Shown one piece after another: positions 49,348 to 57,347 of a DNA stretch of 64,000 bases (the first letter of the stretch is position 1; each line of letters begins with the position of its first letter). The notes under the pieces are model-generated. The model worked only from the letters and a program-made list of their open reading frames with translations. It had not been told where the DNA came from and did no database searches. Origin of the DNA: an uncultured bacterium (GTDB lineage Bacteria; Planctomycetota; UBA8108; UBA1146); assembly GCA_913056395.1 (NCBI GenBank), contig CAJXMG010000002.1, positions 17,353 through 81,352 of the forward strand. The letters are read 5' to 3'. A program made the position numbers and the translations under genes.

Positions 49348-51291
49348 TTGAGCCCAGTCGTTATGATCGGAAGCAGAAGAGGGGGCAGTACTTTGGCCAG
49401 GGACACCAAGCCCAAACCAGGATGTGAAGGATTTCGCCGATCCGGCAACCGGACCCCCGGTCGTTCGGGAAAGCGACGGGCATGGGTTCTCGGATTTGTC
49501 CATCTCCTCATCGCAGGCCACCTGATTCACTGGTGGATCACGGGGCGCACTCTCTCCCCCATCGAACCTTCAGAGAGTATGTACACCCTCGAAAATGGTC
49601 AGGTGAATGCGGGCTTCATCTTTTTTGTAGTCGCCATCTTGTCGACCGCAGTACTGGGTCGCTGGTTCTGTGGCTGGGCATGTCACATGGTGGCGCTCCA
49701 GGACCTGTGTGGCTGGATGATGAAAAAGGTTGGAATCACTCCCCGCCCCTTCCGCAGCCGTCTGCTCTCCTGGGTCCCCTTCATTCTCGCCTTCTACATG
49801 TTTCTCTGGCCCACCTTCAAACGGGAAGTGTTTCCCATCGTTGAATCATTCCTTCCGGGATTGACCACATGGTTCGCTCCTGTGAAAGCGTGGCCAGGAT
49901 TCAGCAACCACCTCTTCGTGGAAGATTTCTGGGCCACATTCCCCTCGGTCATCGTCTCGATTCCGTTCTTTCTGATCTGCGGATTCGTCGTCGTCTACCT
50001 GCTGGGGGCCAAAGGTTTCTGTACTTACGGGTGCCCTTATGGAGCCTTCTTCAATATCGCTGACCGCGTCTCACCGATGCGCATCGTCGCAGATATGTCA
50101 AAGTGCGAATCGTGTGGATTGTGCACGGCACACTGCACCTCCAATGTACAGATCTCCCGTGAGATCCGTGTTCACGAGCAGGTGGTCGATCCGGGCTGCA
50201 TGAAGTGCCTCGACTGCGTGGATGTCTGCCCCAACAGCGTGCTTTCATTCGGTTTGGGAAAGCCGGGACTGTTGGCGAGCAAAGGCCCTGAAGCCAAAAA
50301 AATCGCCCGAAAATCCCATCTCTCCTGGGGTGGTGAACTGGCACTCGCATTGGTGTTTGCCCTGAGCTGGTTCAGCTGGCGAGGTGTTTACGAGCAAGTC
50401 CCCCTGCTGATGGCCACCGGTATCGCCTTGATGGTGACTTTTCTCTGTTGGAAAGGGTTCCAGTTACTGAGCGAGAAAGATGTCTCTCTCCAGCAGCAGC
50501 CCCTTCGGCGATCCGGGAAGTGGACTTCCTCCGGCAAGTGGGTTCTCGTCTCTGCTTTCCTCTGCCTGACGATGACGGTCTCTGCAGGGAAATCCCGTTG
50601 GGACCTCCAACAGTCCTCCCAATGGATGGAGAAAGCGGCGGTCAATCTGGATCAGGTCTTTTTGCCTGGCAAACCGCCTGTTCCAGCAGAAGCCATCGCC
50701 GCCGCTGAAAATGCACTCGGGTTTTTAAAGTCGCAGCTCTCTGTCACCCGGGGAGGATTCGCCCTCTTTGAGCCGGAAGGAACCCGTCTCGAAGAACGAC
50801 TCGGTTACATGAGTGCCGTATCCGGGGACCTGACGGCGGCCAAACGCTGGTGGAGCAGCGCCCTCGATGAACCTCTCGAACCGAGCCACGATCTGTTGTT
50901 GCGCTATGGCCAGTTGATTGAAAAACAGGATGGCCCGAAAGCCTTGGCTGACTGGCTGAACTCCTCCAGGGATCGCTGGGGGTTACTCCCCCCCCTCGTC
51001 ACACTTCGGGGAATTCTGGCGCAGAAACAGGCCACCGCCTCTGTTCAGAATGGAAGCTACTATGCTGCAGCCCTGCATCTGGAAGCGTTGATCCCCTGGA
51101 TCGGACCTAACCCCGGCTTGCTCGAAGACATGGGGCGACTGCTCGACTCAGCAGTCCCGAGTCAGGAAGTTGACGAGATGCGTCTGCGCCTCAACCAACT
51201 TCGGTCCAACAATGTCGCCCCGGGATCCCCTTCAGGAGTGATTCAGGAAGCAGGAGTGATTCAGAAAGCAGGAGTGATTCAGGAAGACTGA
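49348..51291 (+). CDS. NapH/CcoG-like polyferredoxin membrane protein with helical (TPR-like) C-terminus
   Basis: GRWFCGWAC, FCTYGCPYG, CESCGLCTAHC and CMKCLDCVDVCP, with multiple TM segments; start uncertain. Confidence 0.82.
   Translation: MSPVVMIGSRRGGSTLARDTKPKPGCEGFRRSGNRTPGRSGKRRAWVLGFVHLLIAGHLIHWWITGRTLSPIEPSESMYTLENGQVNAGFIFFVVAILSTAVLGRWFCGWACHMVALQDLCGWMMKKVGITPRPFRSRLLSWVPFILAFYMFLWPTFKREVFPIVESFLPGLTTWFAPVKAWPGFSNHLFVEDFWATFPSVIVSIPFFLICGFVVVYLLGAKGFCTYGCPYGAFFNIADRVSPMRIVADMSKCESCGLCTAHCTSNVQISREIRVHEQVVDPGCMKCLDCVDVCPNSVLSFGLGKPGLLASKGPEAKKIARKSHLSWGGELALALVFALSWFSWRGVYEQVPLLMATGIALMVTFLCWKGFQLLSEKDVSLQQQPLRRSGKWTSSGKWVLVSAFLCLTMTVSAGKSRWDLQQSSQWMEKAAVNLDQVFLPGKPPVPAEAIAAAENALGFLKSQLSVTRGGFALFEPEGTRLEERLGYMSAVSGDLTAAKRWWSSALDEPLEPSHDLLLRYGQLIEKQDGPKALADWLNSSRDRWGLLPPLVTLRGILAQKQATASVQNGSYYAAALHLEALIPWIGPNPGLLEDMGRLLDSAVPSQEVDEMRLRLNQLRSNNVAPGSPSGVIQEAGVIQKAGVIQED
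51233..51286 (+). repeat. 3 x 18-bp tandem repeat
   Basis: CAGGAGTGATTCAGGAAG / CAGGAGTGATTCAGAAAG / CAGGAGTGATTCAGGAAG, encoding GVIQEA-GVIQKA-GVIQED at the 3' end of the Fe-S gene. Confidence 0.9.
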
Positions 51292-52241
51292 TCTTCCCCC
51301 GTCAGTTTCAGGTAGGCCTGCTCAAGGCTCGCACCTTCACGCACTTCATGGGGAGGCTGACCCTTCTCTATCAGAAAACGGTACAACTGGGACAAGGCCC
51401 CATTCAAGCCATCTTCCTGATCCGCATTCAGACTAACCGTCAATTGGTGATCGCTGAACTCCACTTCATTGACGTGGCTCAACTGCTTCACCTCAACGAC
51501 CAATTCCACCTCCACCTTTGCATCGAGGTGAATCTCAAAGCGACGCGCCCGCCTTGTGACCTCTTCCACGGTGCCACTGGAAATCAACTCTCCACCAACG
51601 ATCACACCGACCGAATCGATGAGGTCCTGTAGCTCCAAAAGGTTGTGCGAGGAAACGATGACCAGCGATCTTTCCGCCAACTCGCGCATCAGATGACGAA
51701 TCTGTCGTGCGTTGGCGGGATCGAGACCCGCTGTCGGCTCATCGAGAAGGACAATTTCAGGCTCGGCGAGGATCGCCTGAGCCACACCCAGTCTCTTGCC
51801 CATTCCATGGGAGAGAACAGCGGCTCCCCTGAAAAGCTCGGTCTCGAGGCCCACCCGCTGCATCACTTCGCGAACACGCTGTTCCGCCACTTCCCCCTGA
51901 TAACCATCCAGTTTCAAAAGAAAGAGAAGTTGATCAAAGATGGAGATATCCCTGGCGAAGATGGCGTCCTGGGGCATGACGCCCACTCGACCCATGAGGG
52001 CAGAAGCGACGGGGCTCGACTCCCCCAACACCGAAATCGTTCCCTTCTGCAAAGTCAGGAACCCGGCGATCAGGGAAAACAGTGTGGTCTTGCCCGCACC
52101 ATTGGGCCCGACCAGTCCGACGATTCCTTTTTGGGGCAGAACCCAATCGATGTCTTTCAGGGCCTGCTTTTCACCAAAGTGATGACTCAAGCCGCGGATG
52201 TGAATCGCTTCACCATTGGTGACTTCAGAAGAGTTGCTCAA
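51279..52241 (-). CDS. ABC-2 type exporter ATP-binding subunit
   Basis: GPNGAGKTT, LSHGM signature, LLDEPTAGLD and SSH. Confidence 0.93.
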   Translation of the reverse strand: MSNSSEVTNGEAIHIRGLSHHFGEKQALKDIDWVLPQKGIVGLVGPNGAGKTTLFSLIAGFLTLQKGTISVLGESSPVASALMGRVGVMPQDAIFARDISIFDQLLFLLKLDGYQGEVAEQRVREVMQRVGLETELFRGAAVLSHGMGKRLGVAQAILAEPEIVLLDEPTAGLDPANARQIRHLMRELAERSLVIVSSHNLLELQDLIDSVGVIVGGELISSGTVEEVTRRARRFEIHLDAKVEVELVVEVKQLSHVNEVEFSDHQLTVSLNADQEDGLNGALSQLYRFLIEKGQPPHEVREGASLEQAYLKLTGEDQSS

Positions 52242-53164
52242 AGGTCAGCCCTCCGGAATCTCCATGCCGCGAGAGTCATGAACAGAAGACTGTGTCCCAT
52301 TGAATATGCCACGGCTTTGAAGACCTTGTCTCCATCCGGAGAGAGCAGTTCATGGGAGTATCCCCAGGGTAGCAGATACAGAAGATTGCCGAGGGGGTCC
52401 CATGCCTCCTGAAGACTGAGTGCCAGCAACGGTGTCCCCACCGTGGCTCCCACTGCCGCCAGAAGAGCGACCATCGGTACGCGGAAGACCGCAGAACACA
52501 AAACTCCAAGGGAGACATAGGGAGTCGCCAGACAACACAGGGAAAAAAAGCAACGCCCCGCCCACGGCACCATCGATTCAGTCGCCTCCGGTGGCAACAT
52601 GATCGACAGATAGACCACCACTGAGAACAAGAGCAGCAATATCAATACCCAGGACAGAATCAGTGTCCCCAGCCAGCGTCCCACCAAAAGGGACAGGCGG
52701 CTGGTTCGGGGAAGGAGATAGCGAACCGTTCGGTGTTGGACATCGCTGGAGATGGCGGTGAAGGACCCCAGCGGTAAAAGGAGTGGCAACACCACTCCCA
52801 ACAGTAAAACCGTGATCGACAGCAACATCGGATTGTCCTGAATCAGATATCGTGCCCACATTCCCAGATCGATCAGGTCTCCGGAATCCATTCGAGAAAG
52901 AATGTCCGTATCCGGTGGACCATTTTCATCTTCCCCACCCATACGCAAACTGGCGGTGGCAAGGGCAAATCCTATGGCCTTGCTTGCGGATTCCCTGAAC
53001 TCTTCCGCTGTCGTAAAGCCCAGCTCCACAGGAGTGATCGAGAGGTTTGCCAGTGAAAGACCGATCAGAATCGTCAGAAAGATGAAGGCGACCCCCGAGC
53101 CGGTCCGCAGGGAGTGAATGATCAGTTTTTGTGCATGGAGAAGGACATGACGAATTGGAATCAT
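52238..53164 (-). CDS. ABC-2 type exporter permease
   Basis: About six TM segments; ISSDVQHRTVRYLLPRTSR...GRWLG loop; coupled to the ATPase gene. Confidence 0.82.
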   Translation of the reverse strand: MIPIRHVLLHAQKLIIHSLRTGSGVAFIFLTILIGLSLANLSITPVELGFTTAEEFRESASKAIGFALATASLRMGGEDENGPPDTDILSRMDSGDLIDLGMWARYLIQDNPMLLSITVLLLGVVLPLLLPLGSFTAISSDVQHRTVRYLLPRTSRLSLLVGRWLGTLILSWVLILLLLFSVVVYLSIMLPPEATESMVPWAGRCFFSLCCLATPYVSLGVLCSAVFRVPMVALLAAVGATVGTPLLALSLQEAWDPLGNLLYLLPWGYSHELLSPDGDKVFKAVAYSMGHSLLFMTLAAWRFRRADL

Positions 53165-53649
53165 CCGGTTTTCCCCTGCGCTTGAAGAAAGTCACGGCGA
53201 AAGATCACATGGAGCATGAAAATCAGGAAAAGGGGATAGAAGATTTGTCGGGCAATGGAGAGTCCATTACCCCTGAGGAATGTTTGTGGCAACCATTCGA
53301 TGCTCAGAATGTAAAAGGCAGCCAAAGCGATGCCGCCAAGGGTGCCGAGCCAACGCCCGATCAAATTGCTGCGCTTCAACAAACCCCATATCGAAACCAG
53401 AAGCAGCAGTGTTGCTACCAATCCGATCACGGCAAGGATTTGCAAATCCATGGGAGTGAGTCCCTCATCGAGGAGAGACTGCAGATACTCGCGACGCCAG
53501 CCCCGGCCTCGCACCTCACCCTCTGCCACCTCCATGAGGTCATAGGAGGTCATAAATCGCTCAATCGTCGTTCCGCCGACGGCAAGAGCGAAGAACCCAT
53601 TGAGAACCGAAAGGGCTGTCAGCCCACCGGGACGGTCACTCGCTGCCAA
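53161..53649 (-). CDS. Hypothetical membrane protein (about 4 TM)
   Basis: RPGGLTALSVLN N-terminus and hydrophobic helices; overlaps both neighbours. Start TTG 53649 is inferred. Confidence 0.65.
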   Translation of the reverse strand: MAASDRPGGLTALSVLNGFFALAVGGTTIERFMTSYDLMEVAEGEVRGRGWRREYLQSLLDEGLTPMDLQILAVIGLVATLLLLVSIWGLLKRSNLIGRWLGTLGGIALAAFYILSIEWLPQTFLRGNGLSIARQIFYPLFLIFMLHVIFRRDFLQAQGKTG

Positions 53650-54085
53650 CGGTATTTTCCCCGAGGAGCATCCGCAATTCGGAAACGTGTTCAGATTCCA
53701 GGGCCACCTGTTGACGGGCGAACTCCTCGAGAACCACGTCCCCACTACCCTCTACCACCTCGAGAAACTCCTTGTACGCATCCAGAGCCGCCTGCTCAAA
53801 GAGAAGGGCCGTTTGAAGTGCTTCGATGCCCGTACACTTTTCACCGGTCAACTCGAGATTGATTTTTGGCTGGGGGGTTCCCCCCACCTGAAGAATCTTC
53901 TCGGAGACCTGTTGGGCATGCTCGACCGTTTCTTCATGATTTTCCTGAAGCACCTTTTGGATGACCAGTCGATCGATCCCCTGGACCAGTGTGCCCAGAT
54001 GCAGATATCGGATTGAAGCTTCCAGCTCTTCCGCCAACAACTCATTCAGGCGGCTCAGAGCAACCTCACGGGAATATTCACTCAT
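53636..54085 (-). CDS. Ferritin-like / bacterioferritin-like di-iron protein
   Basis: LNELLAEELEASIRY, EETVEHA, ILQVGGTP, EQAALDAY and ESEH ferroxidase pattern; start overlaps the regulator stop. Confidence 0.82.
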   Translation of the reverse strand: MSEYSREVALSRLNELLAEELEASIRYLHLGTLVQGIDRLVIQKVLQENHEETVEHAQQVSEKILQVGGTPQPKINLELTGEKCTGIEALQTALLFEQAALDAYKEFLEVVEGSGDVVLEEFARQQVALESEHVSELRMLLGENTVGSE

Positions 54086-54635
54086 CGTCTTTATCCTTGC
54101 TTTGCTCTTCAGAGCTGCTCTGCAATCGCTCGGAGATGGTCTCGATCTCTTTTCCCGGGAAAGCCTCAACCCGGCCTTCGCGGATACTGTCTTCGAGAGC
54201 GTTCACTTGCTGTTCACGATCCGAAGAAGAATCCGAAGCATCCTCTCTTCGATCGATGTAGATCGCCAGCGCCTCAGCGGTCAGATCGCTGACCAGGTGC
54301 TCAATCTTGCAGGCGTCCATTTCCGCCAGATCCGCAGGCAGACCGAGGGATTTTTCCAAAAACGCCTGAAACAGGACCCGCTTGGTGTGAATCCCCCGCG
54401 CAATCCGCTGGCCTTCATCAGAAAGCCCCAAATGCTTGTGCTGGTCTTCCACCACCAGCCCTCTTTGCCGGAGCCCCTTGAGGGAGACGGAGACACTTCC
54501 GCGGGTGATGCCCAGTTTTCGGGCGACATCCGACACTCGGGCATACCCCTGATCTTCCAGGAGTTGCTGAATCGCCGTCAAATGGTGGGCAGCAGAATGA
54601 CTTACGGGGTTCTGGTCGAACTCTCGCCAATCCAT
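54078..54635 (-). CDS. DtxR/MntR-family metal-dependent transcriptional regulator
   Basis: ARVSDVARKLGITRGSVS wHTH, LSDEGQRIA and DACKIEH metal site; strong RBS (GAGGAGGAG) before ATG 54635. Confidence 0.9.
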   Translation of the reverse strand: MDWREFDQNPVSHSAAHHLTAIQQLLEDQGYARVSDVARKLGITRGSVSVSLKGLRQRGLVVEDQHKHLGLSDEGQRIARGIHTKRVLFQAFLEKSLGLPADLAEMDACKIEHLVSDLTAEALAIYIDRREDASDSSSDREQQVNALEDSIREGRVEAFPGKEIETISERLQSSSEEQSKDKDDE

Positions 54636-54651
54636 TCGCGTCTCCTCCTCT

Positions 54652-54689
54652 TGTTTGGGTACCCAAACGGGTTGATGAGCACTCAAACA
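54652..54689. promoter_or_regulatory. Candidate DtxR/MntR operator (site 1) plus adjacent weaker second site
   Basis: TGTTTGGGTACCCAAACG (54652-54669; perfect 16-bp core palindrome) directly upstream of the regulator RBS, then TTGATGAGCACTCAAACA (54672-54689). Confidence 0.75.
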
Positions 54690-54825
54690 GCATGTAAAAA
54701 TAGGCCTGCTGAGCACCGTGTTCCTGGATCTGCAGATTAATGCCCGATTCACGTAAGGACAAGTGTTCGTAATAGTTGCGAGGCTCACTTGAGCCTTCAT
54801 CTCAGGACTTTCGAACTGGAGATCC

Positions 54826-55128
54826 ATGCAAACCGGTAACCCCAGCCCAGAAAAGAGTGCGCGACCCTCGCTGGAACAGGCGGCTCTCAGCACGTCTGCC
54901 CAGGTCAGATCACTCTTTGACATGAAACTGGGAGATCGGGGTCGCCTGGTGGAAGATTCAATCCCCCAGAATCAGCGCCCCCTGCTGGAAGCGATGGGCA
55001 TGTGTGGGGACTGCGAGCTTCGGGTTTGCCACAATTCCGGTTCCTGCATTCTGGAGATCGACGGACAAAGGGTAGGACTCAGTGAAGAGATCGCTTCTAC
55101 GCTCCGGGTTCTCCCTCTGGACAGTTGA
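54826..55128 (+). CDS. feoA: FeoA-domain protein
   Basis: LFDMKLGDRGRLV...LEAMGM...ILEIDGQRVGLSEEIASTLRV FeoA (SH3-like) pattern. Confidence 0.8.
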   Translation: MQTGNPSPEKSARPSLEQAALSTSAQVRSLFDMKLGDRGRLVEDSIPQNQRPLLEAMGMCGDCELRVCHNSGSCILEIDGQRVGLSEEIASTLRVLPLDS

Positions 55129-55239
55129 TCCAGATTTCTTTCCTTGAACACGCTTTCCTTTCACAAATCTGATTCACTGTTTATACAGCCGGCACATAGC
55201 CTGCATTCCAGTGTTGATTTTCAGGGTTGAAAAGAGTGG

Positions 55240-55929
55240 GTGAAGACTGACATGACCCGATTTTACAAGCAGTCCGGATTTACCCTTGCTCGCTCCAATA
55301 CCTCAACCCGTTGGCTTCTGACTCTCTTTTTCCTGACCGTGATCTCCGGTTGCGTCGTTGCTGCGATTCAATACTCCAGCAGTGCAGGAGGATTCACCCT
55401 CGAGAATGCCCGCGAATGGGTTCTGGGCAATGAGGACGACCTCGATGCTGAAGAGTTGATGTCCGAAAAAACTCCCAGAGAACTGCTCTCCTTCATCCAT
55501 GACCACATCTTCTCGCTGGGAATGCTGCTCTTCGTCGTCCTGCACCTGTTTGAACTGACGCCCTGGTCCACCGGGGTCAAGGTCACCCTTTCCTTCACAG
55601 GCTTTGGAAGTCTTGCGGGGTTGCTCTTTTCACCCCTCGCCATCGCTTCCGGAAGTTCACTGGCACTCTTCACCCAGATCATCGGCGGAAGCCTTCTGTT
55701 GCTCAGTCTGGTAATGGGATCTTTGGCATGCCTCGACGAGTTGTGGTGGGCACCTCGCCGAAGAAATCGGGCGGGCAAGGCCGATCCCCCGGCTTCAGAC
55801 CCCCTCTTCCCTGCCAAAGCCTCGAAAAAAACAGACTCGGGCAAGTCGGAATCGGGAGGCTGTCCCATGGGCTTCGGGTCCGGTCAAAAAAATCCCGGGA
55901 AACCTTCGTCAGAAGATTCCCCGGGATAA
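55240..55929 (+). CDS. Hypothetical membrane protein (about 4 TM) with HDH/H residues and C-terminal GCPMG motif
   Basis: TM helices; IHDHIF...VLHL; low-complexity tail containing SGGCPMGFG. Confidence 0.68.
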   Translation: MKTDMTRFYKQSGFTLARSNTSTRWLLTLFFLTVISGCVVAAIQYSSSAGGFTLENAREWVLGNEDDLDAEELMSEKTPRELLSFIHDHIFSLGMLLFVVLHLFELTPWSTGVKVTLSFTGFGSLAGLLFSPLAIASGSSLALFTQIIGGSLLLLSLVMGSLACLDELWWAPRRRNRAGKADPPASDPLFPAKASKKTDSGKSESGGCPMGFGSGQKNPGKPSSEDSPG

Positions 55930-55955
55930 TCCACTTCGCATATGAATGAGTGGCT

Positions 55956-57128
55956 TTACTTGCTCTTTTCAGCGGCCTGTTCCGCTTTCGCTTCCTGAAC
56001 CAGCAACTCGATGGCGTCGTCCATTTCTTTGCCACGGATATCCTTGTAACGAATGATTCCCTTGGCGTCGATCAAGTAGATCGTCGGCCAACCGGTCACA
56101 TTCCAGCGTGTTGATATCGGTCCACCAGGACTTCCATCGTAAAAGCTGAGCCAGTTGATCTTGTTTTTCTCGACCACTTCACGGGCTTTTTCGATGGAGG
56201 AATCCGAATTGATTCCGACGATGGCAAAAGGATCTGCAGAGTATTTCTCCACGAGCGACCGCTCGTGAGGGTACATGGCCCTGCAGGGGCCTCACCAATC
56301 ACCCCAGAAATCAAGCAGGATCACCTTGCCTCTGAAAGAGGACAGCTGCATCAACTTGCCGGAGATCTCCTTGCCAATGATTTCAGGTGCGACACAACCG
56401 ACCTGAAGATTCTTCATTTCGAAGAGGTCGCCCTTGACCTTGTCGGCATAAACGGATCTCCCGTAAGAGACATCCCCATACTCATCCTGAACCCTTTTGA
56501 GCAGAGCCAGGCCCTCACTGCGGGTCTCTTCCTTCTTGCCCTTGATCTTGGCAAGAGAGTAACAGCCTGCGGCCTGAACTTCCCTGTGAGGCGAGTCACT
56601 GACCACCACGCTGAGAAAATCACACATGGCAGGAGCCATGGCATCGGAGCAGTAGTGTGCGTAGCGCAAGACGTCGACCAGCTTCTCATTCTTCAGGTAG
56701 TGAGTCTTGAGTGCTGACAATGCCTTTTCTGCCATCCAACCGGCAGATTCACTTCTGCCAGCCAGAGCCAACAATTGGTCACAAGCACCGAGGGCCGCAT
56801 CTGTCCCCGCATACTTGTCGATGGCTTTGAGCATCTCGGGGCCGACGACCATCACAGGATCGAGAGCCGGATCGAGTTCGATCTTCTCCATCTCTTTATC
56901 GCTGAGACCTTTTTCCCGAGCCTCTGTCAGCGGCTTGTAATAAGCCTCCTGAGCCTTGCTCATTTTTTTATTGATCTCTTCAAATGCCTTTTCAGCGGCC
57001 GCTTCCATCTTTTCATCTGCGATCCCCGAAACTGAAGCGGGAGAAAAAGAGAAAGCCACTGCCGGACCCGACAGCATAAAAGCGATCACGAGACAGACGG
57101 TCCCGTATCGACGAAGACGAGGAATCAT
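55956..57128 (-). CDS. Exported TlpA/ResA-like thiol-disulfide oxidoreductase with in-frame UGA (selenocysteine, UxxC)
   Basis: Two ORFs in the same frame are joined by TGA at 56292-56294: ...GKVILLDFWGDW-U-GPCRAMYPHERSLV...WNVTGWPTIYLID. Signal peptide from ATG 57128. Confidence 0.85.
56247..56294 (-). promoter_or_regulatory. Candidate bacterial SECIS element
   Basis: Downstream of the UGA: stem CACGAGC-GGUC-GCUCGUG (56250-56267) with a G-leading apical loop about 31 nt from the UGA, plus a GGCCC/GGGCC hairpin directly after the UGA. Confidence 0.65.
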
Positions 57129-57347
57129 GGGATACCCTTCCAATTTTGACCTTCCGGTCGATCCACCTCCGTGGATCAATCTGCAACCAAAGATACCACA
57201 GTGGAAGAAATTGGCAGGGTCCTATTTGGAGCAGGGTCCACAATCTCCTCCGGACGTGCGGCTCCGCTTCCGGACCAGCAACAGGAGAGAGACAACTGCG
57301 ACGAGAGTCACAATCCAGAATTGGGAGTCTGATTCAAACATGGATTC

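Noticed and set aside
54781..54796. Inverted repeat AGGCTCA-CT-TGAGCCT upstream of feoA
   Set aside because: It does not match the TGTTTGG consensus and occurs once; it could be chance, so it is not called.
55956..57179. Reading the split redoxin as two genes or a pseudogene
   Set aside because: The single stop is TGA, in frame, at the catalytic Cys position and followed by a SECIS-like hairpin; selenocysteine read-through is the simpler explanation.
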